Source: Candidatus Oxydemutatoraceae bacterium | GTDB taxonomy: Bacteria > Pseudomonadota > Gammaproteobacteria > Poriferisulfidales > Oxydemutatoraceae | Direction of reading: 5' to 3' | Length of the DNA stretch: 64,000 bases | Assembly: GCA_965219575.1 (NCBI GenBank) | Contig: OZ244779.1 | Location: 1,356,769 to 1,420,768 of the forward strand | In this document: piece after piece, positions 11,901 to 20,082 of the stretch | How the letters are laid out: each line of letters begins with the position of its first letter | How positions within the stretch are numbered: position 1 is the stretch's first letter | Position numbers and translations under genes: made by a program | The notes under the pieces: generated by a model | Databases searched by the model: none | Told to the model about the DNA's origin: nothing | The model's input: only the letters and a program-made list of their open reading frames with translations

Positions 11901-12399
11901 TGGTATCTCCGGGCACTCTCGTCGACCAGAAGTTTCTGGGATCTCTGGAAACATCACCTAGATACTCGTTTATATGACTCGTCACCGCTTTCTGCCCGGA
12001 GTATATCTTTATTTTTAGTTCGGGAATCAAGACCGCTTTATAAAAAAAAACCTGCATCCCGAGTGCGTCCGGAGATTTGATATGTAGCTGCCAGATATTA
12101 AAAGTTTTTTTCGTACCGACCCGTTTCCAGTTGGAGGCTACCACCGAGACATCGCGCTTAATCGTCAAATAGGTGCGATTCTTATCTTGAATCAAGTCGG
12201 CAATTTCTTGTTTTTCTTGAGCATTCAGTCGGGGTAAAACCAGTGTCGCACTGGAAGGGTAAAGCCACATCATCTCTCTTGCGCTTTCTATTACGGTCGG
12301 TTGGAAGTATGTTCCGGGCGACATAGGGACATCGGCTTCTATTGTTGCAGCAACGGACAAGCATATTGTTGCGCCTATCATCTCTAACTGTCTTCTCAT
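8956..12399 (-). CDS. Large secreted protein: lysyl-endopeptidase-like S1 serine protease followed by several cadherin-like beta-sandwich domains
   Basis: Signal-peptide-like N-terminus; triad motifs FLTAFHC, DWTLL and GASGS; repeated L..L.LS.G.L.P.F...Y...V...L.VG.N.I.I.V...Y units. Confidence 0.8.
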   Translation of the reverse strand: MRRQLEMIGATICLSVAATIEADVPMSPGTYFQPTVIESAREMMWLYPSSATLVLPRLNAQEKQEIADLIQDKNRTYLTIKRDVSVVASNWKRVGTKKTFNIWQLHIKSPDALGMQVFFYKAVLIPELKIKIYSGQKAVTSHINEYLGDVSRDPRNFWSTRVPGDTIVIEVWISQDSNLNPDTFPFEIKSINHYFRDMNGDLPNLGRHSEQQMQRGQHAQQLQQNVCPVFNNPFNNPFNCGSGSDVHSAIGLMIYTDSQGQAGSCTGSFLNNAQSDREIYFLTAFHCIYPGFSPNTQRGRAVNAEIYNSRSPCSPSSDRLVATDVRFIAASEAADWTLLWVNKNTLRRLDGGSLQTNSPALLGWSSSRLALDSTVETLHHAQSTVQNYARYQVTGLENVASINYEDNEALFRICRNIADCTHYRMEAITGGIASGASGSALWGPRYQVRAVLTHGSDNQCIGFASRFDKIYEDGRVSCALNQGNRYYPQNTSGCDDSARPLYSNEPPPRLSNLALSTGTLHPSFDGAVSRYFAAVPGNTRQITLRLSAEDSNNTITVNGNRITGTATIPLGFNTDTITVGVRTADGNRINTYIVDIIRLAQRNFDPVGTWESTTIENINSQCPLLPDLSLDDFDPIGREYDIVTTSGGLNFIDRVDSETYTEIGRQIPNRYSFESIERESISDEGITVTIEATNTLDFILISDEEAIGAGVENIRVTNLQNIPCVIAYTIKAKKAPISTAILRDISLSAGTLNSTFTGVVRDYSATVDSDVGLLGITIETSHINQSVTINGNTLSRGLNPGQFINSTVPLNVGDNTIVIRVTSADGVLTSSYTLQVTRRSPALIGLSLFPGTLSPDFNREISRYTTTVNSDIESIRLTPTANSAGHRITITANGNSISGNVVPLNVGSNTLTIAVTTQDNRATARYTLIVTRLEPCLTALFLSSGSLSPNFIECPDTTISYRAIVENTINPIEITATANSTAHTITFNNNRNSMVPLRIGDNAITVSVTTADGMAPRDYNLVIRRLSTATLTGLTVEADSQTLKLNPDFSLGDLDYEVNVANTMTTVAMTPTALAGRTISVRYTPDDDIAIDRPVASGEAVTIMPLFRGTNNVYIDVMHNGAMERYTLAVIIGIRLRIKLFLEGPLQ

Positions 12400-12480
12400 C
12401 TGATCGATTTTTTAATCTTCCTTTGAATGTACAGGTTTAATTGTACAACCTTAATCATTGAATAAAAATATGTAAGCCTC

Positions 12481-12514
12481 ACATCGCTTGTGCTACTGCA
12501 ACAAGCGATGGCAG
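12481..12514 (+). repeat. 36-bp hairpin repeat, copy 1 (IS3 inserted at its 3' end)
   Basis: ACATCGCTTGTGCTACTGCAACAAGCGATGGCAG; stem CATCGCTTG/CAAGCGATG; identical copy at 13809-13842. Confidence 0.85.
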
Positions 12515-12602
12515 TGACGTTCTCCCAAAATTTAGTACTAATGCTTAAAGTTAGTTTTTCCGATAAACTAGAGAAGTTAAAAACATTACAGGAGAACTTA
12601 AC

Positions 12603-12869
12603 ATGAAGAGAAAACGTTTTAGTGAAGAACAAATCATTAAGGCATTAAAGTCAAATCAAGCCGGCATGAAAGTAATCGATATCTGTCGTGATCTAGGCAT
12701 CGCCGAACAGACATTTTATCGCTGGCGCAGCAAGTATAATGGCATGGAAGTGGCAGAAGCTAAACGCCTGCGAGAGCTTGAAGCCGATAATAGCAAGCTC
12801 AAGAAGCTATTGGCTGAATCGGTGATGCAGTGTGAAACACTTAAGGAGGTATTATCAAAAAAGTGGTAA
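12603..12869 (+). CDS. IS3 transposase OrfA (HTH)
   Basis: MKRKRFSEEQII...TFYRWRSKY...LRELE; A6G slippery site at 12857-12863 with an upstream AAGGAGG, consistent with a -1 frameshift to OrfAB. Confidence 0.93.
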   Translation: MKRKRFSEEQIIKALKSNQAGMKVIDICRDLGIAEQTFYRWRSKYNGMEVAEAKRLRELEADNSKLKKLLAESVMQCETLKEVLSKKW

Positions 12870-13687
12870 AGCCGGCGCAACGCAAGCAGATTGTCAAAGA
12901 TCTAGTGAGCGCGGGTCGGCATAGTGAACGCACTGCGTGTGCCCTTGCCAGTATTAGTCGCACTGCATATCGCTATCAGGGCAACCAAGCCGATAAAGAT
13001 CGTCAACTGGAAGTTGCGTTATTGGAGAAGGCAAAGCAATATCCACATTATGGCTATAAGATGTTGCATGCGCTTTTGAAGAGCGAAGGCCGGGTCGTCA
13101 ATGTGAAGCGTACCTATAGGCTTTATAAGAAGCTCAGGCTCGAATTGAGAACCAAGAAGCGCAAGAAGCTGTGTCATCCGCGTGGCGTGCCGAAAACACC
13201 GGCAACGGTGAATGAGTGCTGGTCAATGGACTTTGTGCATGACCAGTTTAGCGACGGCAGATGCTTTCGGGTATTGAACATAGTAGATAACTTCAGCCGT
13301 GAATGTGTCGGACAGATTGTTGATGTTTCGATCACCGGTCAACGCGTAGCAAACTATCTATCCGAATTGATAGAATGGCTCGGTGTGAAGCCGGCACGCA
13401 TCGTCTGCGACAATGGCACCGAGTTTAGATGCAAGGCGATGTTCCACTGGAGCCGAGATCAGCAGGTGGAATTGGACTTTATCCAACCCGGCAAACCGAC
13501 CCAGAATGCCTTTGTAGAAAGTTTCAACGGCAAGTTCCGAGACGGTTGTCTGAACCAGTTCTGGTTTCGTTCAATAAAAGAGGCGAGAGAGATTATAGAA
13601 GCCTGGCGAATAGATTATAATGAAGTGCGTCCGCACAGCGCATTGGGTTATCAACCCCCAAGTGTATTTGCGGAGGCTATAGCATGA
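12863..13687 (+). CDS. IS3 transposase OrfB (DDE integrase core)
   Basis: WSMDF, CDNGTEF, PGKPTQNAFVESFNG, YNEVRPHSALGY. Confidence 0.95.
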   Translation: MVKPAQRKQIVKDLVSAGRHSERTACALASISRTAYRYQGNQADKDRQLEVALLEKAKQYPHYGYKMLHALLKSEGRVVNVKRTYRLYKKLRLELRTKKRKKLCHPRGVPKTPATVNECWSMDFVHDQFSDGRCFRVLNIVDNFSRECVGQIVDVSITGQRVANYLSELIEWLGVKPARIVCDNGTEFRCKAMFHWSRDQQVELDFIQPGKPTQNAFVESFNGKFRDGCLNQFWFRSIKEAREIIEAWRIDYNEVRPHSALGYQPPSVFAEAIA

Positions 13688-13808
13688 AAACTAACTTTGT
13701 ATATGGTAATAAAAATGGGGTAACGTCAGCAGTATCTTTTTGTACTCGCTGAGGATAAACTTTAGTTTATCCGATCTACATACCCAAGTTAAGGTTCTGC
13801 AAGATGTT

Positions 13809-13844
13809 ACATCGCTTGTGCTACTGCAACAAGCGATGGCAGTA
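13809..13844 (+). repeat. 36-bp hairpin repeat, copy 2
   Basis: Identical to 12481-12514 and followed by TA, as at the reconstructed empty site. Confidence 0.85.
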
Positions 13845-13861
13845 CTTGCTTAAATTATAAA

Positions 13862-13880
13862 AATAATTATAATAATTCTT
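13862..13880 (+). promoter_or_regulatory. Putative Fur box
   Basis: AATAATTATAATAATTCTT matches GATAATGATAATCATTATC at 14/19 positions, about 55 bp upstream of an iron ABC operon. Confidence 0.55.
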
Positions 13881-13934
13881 ATTTAGCATAGCGGAATTTA
13901 CCATAGAAATAGCAACTAGATAGGAGTTTTATGG

Positions 13935-14933
13935 ATGAAAGTTTTATTGTTTTTTTTGATATTTTTTAATGTTGCATATGCCGAAGTCAATGTGTATTCG
14001 GCTAGAGAAGAGACTTTGATTAAACCCATATTGGATGTATTCAACGAGCAGACCGACATCAAGGTGAATCTGGTGACTGCAAAAGCCGATGCGTTGATCG
14101 AGCGGCTTCAACGCGAAGGACAAGATAGCCTTGCCGATGTGTTGCTTACTACCGATGTGGCGCGTCTGCACAGAGCGAAACAAGCCGATCTATTGCAAGC
14201 GATAGAATCGGAGACACTGACCGAGATAGTTTCTCCCATATATAGAGATTCGGATAATCAATGGTTCGGGTTATCGGTGCGGGCGAGGATTATCACCACG
14301 GTTGAAGGAAAACTATCGCCGGATGAAAGGCCGATGCGTTACGAATCTTTGGCCGACGAACGATGGCGTGGAAATATTTGCATACGCTCTTCCACCAATG
14401 TCTACAATCAATCCTTAGTGGCATCTATGATACACGCAAACGGTAGCGAGGCAACTTATGATTGGGCGCAGGCGTTGGTTGCCAACTTCGCCAGACCTCC
14501 GGTCGGCGGTGATCGAGATCAGGTATTGGCAGCGGCGGGGGGACTGTGCGACATTGCGGTAATCAACACCTACTATTTAGCCTATATGCTGGCTAACCCC
14601 GACCCGGTTCAGAAAAATGCTGCCGAGCAGATGCAGGTGATATGGCCTAACCAAGAAGATCGCGGCACGCATGTGAATATCAGCGGTGCCGGTGTTACCC
14701 GCTCTGCTAAAAATAAAGACGATGCGATACGGTTGCTTGAGTTTTTAGTCGGCGAGGAGGCGCAGTATTGGTACAGTAATACGAACTACGAATACCCCAT
14801 ACGCAATGATGTAAAGATCGGTGACATTTTGAATTCGTGGGGAGAATTTAAAGCCGACACCATTGGGCTCGACAAATTCGGCGAATTGAATTCCGAAGCG
14901 GTCAAGTTGATGGATAAAGCCGGTTGGCAATAG
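13935..14933 (+). CDS. futA: Fe(III) ABC transporter periplasmic binding protein (FutA/FbpA family)
   Basis: VNVYSAR, YNQSLVASMI, GGDRDQ, NTYY (Tyr ligands), GTHVNISGAGV, NYEYP. Confidence 0.9.
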   Translation: MKVLLFFLIFFNVAYAEVNVYSAREETLIKPILDVFNEQTDIKVNLVTAKADALIERLQREGQDSLADVLLTTDVARLHRAKQADLLQAIESETLTEIVSPIYRDSDNQWFGLSVRARIITTVEGKLSPDERPMRYESLADERWRGNICIRSSTNVYNQSLVASMIHANGSEATYDWAQALVANFARPPVGGDRDQVLAAAGGLCDIAVINTYYLAYMLANPDPVQKNAAEQMQVIWPNQEDRGTHVNISGAGVTRSAKNKDDAIRLLEFLVGEEAQYWYSNTNYEYPIRNDVKIGDILNSWGEFKADTIGLDKFGELNSEAVKLMDKAGWQ

Positions 14934-14955
14934 AATATCCATAAAGTATTCAATT

Positions 14956-15124
14956 GGGGCTGTTGAAGAAGTATTTCATGCACCGTAGGGGCGGACTAAC
15001 ATGTCCGCCCGTAACGCGTTTCGCCGGCACGATTTATACATTCATTCATCCAGTTTATGGAAACCAAAACCATACGGCGCAAGCGGTTGCAATTTTGCAA
15101 AAACAGTACTTTTTCAGCAGCACC
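14956..15124. mobile_element. MITE-like composite repeat (GGGCTGTTGAA...TTCARCAGC ends) containing an empty GTAG REP
   Basis: REP GTAGGGGCGGACTAACATGTCCGCCC at 14985-15010; internal module GATTTATACATTCAT..ATGGAAACCAAAACCA..GGCGCAAGCGGTT recurs at about 20150, 29420 and 40448. Confidence 0.75.
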
Positions 15125-15132
15125 AATTAAAT

Positions 15133-16728
15133 ATGTTTTTAATAAGCCAGAGGTTCCTTACCTTACTGGTAGTATTGCCTGCCACCGCACTGATTGCTTC
15201 ATTTGTGGTGCCGGATATAGAGGTATGGCAACATTTAATAGATACTAATCTGCTCGATTACATTGCGAACTCGTTACTGCTCTGTATCGGTGTTGCGATA
15301 GTCTGTTTTGCCATCGGCACCGCAGGTGCTTGCTTATGCGTGATGTGTCGCTTTCCCGGGCAGCGTTTTTTATCGTGGGCGATGATATTGCCGTTGGCTT
15401 TTCCGCCTTATATCGTGGCATACACTTATACCGGTATACTCGACTACGGTGGCTGGTTTAATACTTGGTGGCACTTGGGTTTGGGTTTTCCCGCACCGCC
15501 TATACGCTCTTTGACCGGGGCTATTTTGGTAATCGGTTTCGTATTGTATCCCTATGTTTATTTGCTTGTTTATACGATACTCGTCTCGCAATCCAGAAAT
15601 CTGATCGACGCGGCGCGCCTATGCGGCTTAAACGCAAAACAAATTTTTTTGCGCTTGATATTGCCGATGATACGCCCGGCGGCAATCGCCGGCATTGCAA
15701 TCGTAATAATGGAGTCTTTGGCGAATTATGCAACGGTGCAGTATTTCGGCGTGCAAACATTGAGCGTCGGCATATTCAAGGTATGGTTGGGATTGGGTAG
15801 TCTCACCGGTGCTGCACAGTTGTCGTTAATTATACTGGTGTTTACCGCATTGGTAGTCTCCATAGAAAAAAGTGCAAGAAAGCGTATTTCTTACTATAAT
15901 CAAGGATGCCATCTGCCGTTGCGTGCAATCTATCCTCTGCGCGGCACCCAAATCGTCGTTGCCTGGCTGATTTGCGGATTGCCCATTGCGTTGGGTTTTC
16001 TGATTCCGTTGCTACAACTTATCGTATGGGCTTATCGCTACGGTACCGAAAGATTTGACATCGGTTATTTGCATCTAATCTTCAATTCGGTGACTTTAGG
16101 CTTAAGCGCAGCTTTGATCGTAGTGTTCATTGCGACGATTATGGCGTACGGTCAGCGTCTACATTCATCGTCCAAGTGGCAGTGGCTCGATAAGCTGGCA
16201 ACATCGGGTTATGCGATACCCGGCATAGTAATTGGTATCGGAGTGTTGATTGTAAATAGCACGATAGAAGGTTTGGTTAATAAGACTTTACTTTCTTTTG
16301 ATTTTGCCTCCTGGGGTTTATTTTTGAGCGGCACGATAGTTGCATTATTGTTTGCTTATACCGTACGTTTTATGACTTTAGGTTATAACACCATTGCAAG
16401 TAGCCTGACAAAAATATCACCTAATATAGACTATGCGGCGAGTTCGTGCGGGGCGAATAAACTGAAAGCACTGCGTTTGATTCATGTTCCTTTGATACGC
16501 TCGGGATTATTGAGCGCAGCGTTGCTGATATTTGCGGACGTGGTTAAGGAATTGCCGGCAACATTGGTACTGAGGCCTTTTGAGTTCAATACTCTCGCTA
16601 TACGTACCTACGAATTGGCTTCAACCGAGCGTATCAACGATATTGCGATTCCTTCTCTTAGTATCGTCGCTATCAGCTTGCTTTCGATTATATTGGTGGC
16701 ACAACGTATTGCGCCGTATAAAAAATGA
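15133..16728 (+). CDS. futB: Fe(III) ABC transporter permease (FutB/FbpB)
   Basis: Two ABC-TM repeats (LPLAFPPY, LYPYVY, KELPATLVLRPF). The first 44 codons of the listed ORF are MITE sequence, so the start is placed at ATG 15133. Confidence 0.88.
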   Translation: MFLISQRFLTLLVVLPATALIASFVVPDIEVWQHLIDTNLLDYIANSLLLCIGVAIVCFAIGTAGACLCVMCRFPGQRFLSWAMILPLAFPPYIVAYTYTGILDYGGWFNTWWHLGLGFPAPPIRSLTGAILVIGFVLYPYVYLLVYTILVSQSRNLIDAARLCGLNAKQIFLRLILPMIRPAAIAGIAIVIMESLANYATVQYFGVQTLSVGIFKVWLGLGSLTGAAQLSLIILVFTALVVSIEKSARKRISYYNQGCHLPLRAIYPLRGTQIVVAWLICGLPIALGFLIPLLQLIVWAYRYGTERFDIGYLHLIFNSVTLGLSAALIVVFIATIMAYGQRLHSSSKWQWLDKLATSGYAIPGIVIGIGVLIVNSTIEGLVNKTLLSFDFASWGLFLSGTIVALLFAYTVRFMTLGYNTIASSLTKISPNIDYAASSCGANKLKALRLIHVPLIRSGLLSAALLIFADVVKELPATLVLRPFEFNTLAIRTYELASTERINDIAIPSLSIVAISLLSIILVAQRIAPYKK

Positions 16729-16738
16729 GGTTACGGAG

Positions 16739-17806
16739 ATGTTGGAACTACAAAACCTAAGCGTTGCAATCGACGAGCAGACGATCGTTAAGAACGCTTC
16801 TTTGAATATTGAAACCGGAAAAATAGGATGTTTGCTCGGACCTAGCGGTAGCGGTAAGAGCACTTTACTCAGATGTATCGCAGGCTTTCATCGTGCGTTA
16901 ACGGGTTGTGTTTATTTAGAAAATAATTTGATAGAAAGCCCGAGGCAGCGAGTTGCCGTGGAAGCTCGGCGTATCGGTGTTATGTTCCAAGACTATGCGT
17001 TGTTTCCACATCTCACGGTTGAAGAGAATATCGGCTTCGGTATTCATTCTATGGGACGGCGCGAATATCAAGTGCGCCTCAAGCGTATGCTCAACCTAAC
17101 CGAGCTCGGTGTTTATTCGGACTGCTACCCCAACGAATTATCGGGCGGACAACAACAACGCGTCGCATTGGCACGAGCACTCGCACCATTACCCAAACTA
17201 CTATTGTTGGACGAACCTTTTTCCAATATAGACAGTCAACTCAAGCTACAAATGGTACAGGAAATGAGGGAACTATTGATCGACATGAATATCACCACAC
17301 TGATGGTAAGCCACGACCAAAGTGAATCGCTGGCGATGTCGGATAATTTAGGCTTGATGCTCGAGGGGCGGATATTGCAGTGGAGCAAGACTTACGATTT
17401 TTATCATCGTCCCATATCTCGCCAAGTTGCAACCTTTATAGGAATGGGGACTATGCTGCGCGGCACGCTCACCGAAAATAAAACCATCAAAACCGCACTC
17501 GGTGAATTACTCCCTACACCGGACACCTTGCTTCCGCAAGGCAGAGAGGTCGATGTGCTGATTCGTCCCGACGATATAATCCACGACGACGACAGCGACT
17601 TCCAAGCGACGATCAAAAAAAAGGAATTCAGAGGCGCACAGTTTCTTTATTTACTGCATTTGAGCAACGGCGATCATGTTCAATGCTTCGCTCCCAGCCA
17701 TCACGATCATAGCATCGGCGAACAAATCGGCATCCGTGTAGATATGGAGCATGTGGTGTGCTTTCCCGTCAACGAACCGCCGATTGAGCCTGTACGGGCG
17801 GGATAG
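16739..17806 (+). CDS. futC: Fe(III) ABC transporter ATPase (FutC/FbpC)
   Basis: GPSGSGKS, FQDYALFPH, LSGGQQQR, LLLDEPF; start at ATG 16739 after GGAG. Confidence 0.88.
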   Translation: MLELQNLSVAIDEQTIVKNASLNIETGKIGCLLGPSGSGKSTLLRCIAGFHRALTGCVYLENNLIESPRQRVAVEARRIGVMFQDYALFPHLTVEENIGFGIHSMGRREYQVRLKRMLNLTELGVYSDCYPNELSGGQQQRVALARALAPLPKLLLLDEPFSNIDSQLKLQMVQEMRELLIDMNITTLMVSHDQSESLAMSDNLGLMLEGRILQWSKTYDFYHRPISRQVATFIGMGTMLRGTLTENKTIKTALGELLPTPDTLLPQGREVDVLIRPDDIIHDDDSDFQATIKKKEFRGAQFLYLLHLSNGDHVQCFAPSHHDHSIGEQIGIRVDMEHVVCFPVNEPPIEPVRAG

Positions 17807-17833
17807 AGCCGCCGATTGAGCCGGTAGCTCAGT
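17775..17833 (+). repeat. Degenerate copies of the palindromic repeat GCCGATTGA-CCGGTAGG-TCAATCGGC
   Basis: Same family at 20225-20270, 29519-29564, 29661-29695 and 61649-61683. Confidence 0.7.
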
Positions 17834-17840
17834 CTAAGTA

Positions 17841-17931
17841 GAGCCTGTTAACTATTTTGTGTAACTTCGTTTTCCTCAATATCAAATCTGCCTTTGTATT
17901 CAATAGCTAATCGGTTCATCGCCGGTGATCA
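17841..17931 (-). pseudogene. Remnant of an IS256-family transposase 3' end and right terminus
   Basis: Minus strand reads (W>stop)SPAMNRLAIEYKGRF followed by GTTACACAAAATAGTTAACAGGC, resembling IS256 C-termini and ends as recalled. Confidence 0.45.
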
Positions 17932-18028
17932 CTTTGCATTGCAGGTGATAGGTCATTACTGCGATGCTCTAAAAGGTTTTGATGCTTGCAGTGCCTTTTC
18001 CCTTTGGTTTTAATGTCTATTTTCATTG

Positions 18029-18037
18029 TGGTATACT
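18029..18037 (+). promoter_or_regulatory. Extended -10 promoter element (TGnTATACT) immediately before a structured RNA
   Basis: TGGTATACT ends 4 nt before the first stem at 18042. Confidence 0.5.
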
Positions 18038-18041
18038 TTCG

Positions 18042-18141
18042 GTGTGTGGCAAGCACCCGAAGGGTGAAATTAGGTTAGGCTTTAAGTTCATTCGGCTACT
18101 ACAAACACCTAACTGTTTGCGAGACTCCGCTTGCCACGCAC
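18042..18141 (+). ncRNA. Candidate ~100-nt structured RNA with a pseudoknot, convergent with the PBECR2-like gene
   Basis: 13-bp closing stem 18042-18054/18129-18141 (one G-U pair on the + strand); hairpin CACCC-GAA-GGGTG; hairpin CAAACA-CCTAAC-TGTTTG whose loop is complementary to GTTAGG at 18074-18079. Confidence 0.55.
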
Positions 18142-18142
18142 T

Positions 18143-18683
18143 CTAGTTATTTTCATAAAGCAAAGTTCCGGTTCGTTGATTATCTACATAATTTTCTTGC
18201 ACTGGTATAGCATTCCAAAACAAACTGCCGTTTATATTCTCCCGAGCGATTATCAGCATATTCTTTCTCCCTCTAAATAATTTAATAAACCGACGACGGA
18301 AACTACCGTCATCATATCTAGCCAACCAAATTTCATTCGGGTCAGTCAATGTAGGGAGAATAAAATTAGCATACCTTTCTCGAGTAGCTAGCCGTTTCCC
18401 GGATATATACCTTAATCCTCTCTTGCTAACGACAACCGGTTCTAGTGGTGTGCGAATGTTGCGAAAGTCGTTTTTTTTACCAAACACAGCTTTCATGATT
18501 TGAGCGTAAGCGAGGTCACTTGAATCTGCTTTAGGTGAGCTTAGGAGGCTCTGCAAACGCAGAGTCCGGAAGTTCTTTTACGCCGGGTAATCCGTAGTCT
18601 CCATATTCTTTTTGATCGGATTCTATGATGGCGACACCTTTACCGCAACCGCCGACTTGATCGGACAATGCGCCGACACATAC
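18143..18683 (-). pseudogene. PBECR2-like (BECR-fold) nuclease domain, MuF-toxin-like; 5' part frameshifted and cut by a MITE, domain ORF 18143-18556 intact
   Basis: RERYANFILPTLTDPNEIWL...RRRFIKLF...WNAIP....Y...QR.G.LLY pattern recalled for PBECR2; an upstream frame carries QKEYGDYGLP...EPPKL. Confidence 0.55.
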
Positions 18684-18841
18684 GGGCTGTTGAAAAAGTA
18701 CTGTTTTTGCAAAATTGTAACCGCTTGCGCCCCTCAATTACGCAAAACACCTGTAGGGGCGGACTAGCATGATGCCTTATTAAAAATCAAGTCATTTTAT
18801 TCATTTTTTATCTCCGTTTTATATTTTTCCTGAGTATCGAT

Positions 18842-19828
18842 TTAGGACGCAGATGCGCAACAATAATTCGGGTCAAACGGCTTCCTGTATCTGAGTATCC
18901 CGTAAATAATACGTGCCAGCTTATGGGCGCAAGCAACAATAATCTGCTTTTTAGTTAACTCCGGACGCCGCCGACTTAATTGGTCGGCAAAGGCACGGAT
19001 GATTGGGTTATGAACCCGTGCCGAGAGTGCCGCCATAAACAGCAGGGTGCGCAGTTCGGCATCGCCCATTTTAGAGATATGCGCCTTCGCCTCGTAGTTG
19101 CCGGACTGCCGGTGCCTTGGGTTGAGACCGACATAGACTGCGAATTGCTCTGCGTTATCAAATGTCTTATCATTGAAAACAGCACACAGGGCAATCGCTG
19201 TCTGAGTGCCGATGCCGGTAATGGAACACAGCAACTGCTTAAGCTCTGCGAGTTGCTCGTCTTGAGCGATAATTTGCTCCATTTCGGCATCCTGCTTAGC
19301 AATCTGTTTGTCAAAGTATCTCAGGTTCTCAGCTGCTCGTTTTTTTTGCCTTGCATCGCATAAGGTTTTCATACAATTACTTAACCCGGTATGATCTTTG
19401 ACTAATTGCCTGCGCACTTTTCGTGCATCTCTCAAGGCGAGTGCAGTCGGCGACGGCATTTGCCAATCTTTACCGTCAACAGCGAATGCGAACAGTGCGA
19501 TGAGCCGCGCATCATCGCGATCGGTTTTATTGTGCATACCAAGCGATTGGCGGAAGCCGGCAACCTGCGCCGGTCTGACAATCCTAATCGGATGTTGAGC
19601 CAGATAGCCGGCTTTGCACACGGCGAACTCAAAACCGCCGGTGGCTTCAACACAGATGCGACAGTGCGGTGCGCGGTGTTTGCTAGCCCAAGCTAACAGC
19701 TGCTTAATACCCTTGGCATCATTGCTGAATTGTGCCTCGGCAAAACTATTATCGGTGAATAATAGAGCGGCCTCTAAAGTGTCTTTAGAGACATCCACGC
19801 CGATTATGGCAGGGTGTTTGTTTTCCAT
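18842..19828 (-). CDS. IS110 recombinase/transposase (DEDD RuvC-like plus Tnp20 domain)
   Basis: GVDVSK, CVEATG, KTDRDDA, SITGIG, RQSG (catalytic Ser), ISKMG; GGAGG RBS before ATG 19828. Confidence 0.95.
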   Translation of the reverse strand: MENKHPAIIGVDVSKDTLEAALLFTDNSFAEAQFSNDAKGIKQLLAWASKHRAPHCRICVEATGGFEFAVCKAGYLAQHPIRIVRPAQVAGFRQSLGMHNKTDRDDARLIALFAFAVDGKDWQMPSPTALALRDARKVRRQLVKDHTGLSNCMKTLCDARQKKRAAENLRYFDKQIAKQDAEMEQIIAQDEQLAELKQLLCSITGIGTQTAIALCAVFNDKTFDNAEQFAVYVGLNPRHRQSGNYEAKAHISKMGDAELRTLLFMAALSARVHNPIIRAFADQLSRRRPELTKKQIIVACAHKLARIIYGILRYRKPFDPNYCCASAS

Positions 19829-19885
19829 AATAATATCCTCCATTATGGTTGTTCAGTGAATAAAATACTCGGTAGCCAGTTCAGG

Positions 19886-20082
19886 AAAGTATGACTACGC
19901 CGCCCACACAGGTAAATACGAGATCTAAAGTCTCAAGCTGCCTTCCGAGCTCTATAGTCATAGCGCCGGAGGAGTGCTTTTCATGCTAACAGGCTTTAAT
20001 GCCTCGTCCGTCCTGCGGCGTGTCTCCTCCGACTTCCTAGGTACTGCAACTACCTAAGCATTTATCTTATATAAATAAGCTA
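19886..20082 (-). ncRNA. Bridge RNA of IS110 copy 1 (5' stem-loop, target-binding loop, donor-binding loop)
   Basis: Stems GUCGGAGGAG/CUCCUCCGGC and UAUGACUAU/GUAGUCAUA. Guides: LTG GGACGGACG, RTG UAGCAUG, LDG AAGGCAGCU, RDG UACCUG, matching the flanking target and the circle junction. Transcript ends are approximate. Confidence 0.85.

Larger units (their letters stand above)
12515..13728 (+). mobile_element. Complete IS3-family element (IS407-like group), 1214 bp, 4-bp target duplication GCAG
   Basis: Ends TGACGTT... and ...AACGTCA with extended imperfect inverted repeats (AAAGTTAGTTTT/AAAACTAACTTT); GCAG at 12511-12514 and 13729-13732. Confidence 0.95.

Noticed and set aside
12042-12050. 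A9 homopolymer in the protease gene as a phase-variation tract
   Set aside because: The frame is intact and the tract is short; there is no evidence without read data.
12481-13844. 36-bp palindromic direct repeats as a CRISPR array
   Set aside because: Only two copies, 74 bp apart once the IS is removed, and no cas genes in the window.
18042-18141. Structured element as a tRNA, known ribozyme or simple terminator
   Set aside because: No cloverleaf or TTCGA arm, no hammerhead CUGAnGA/GAAA core, and no U-tract after the stem on either strand; kept as an unknown RNA candidate.
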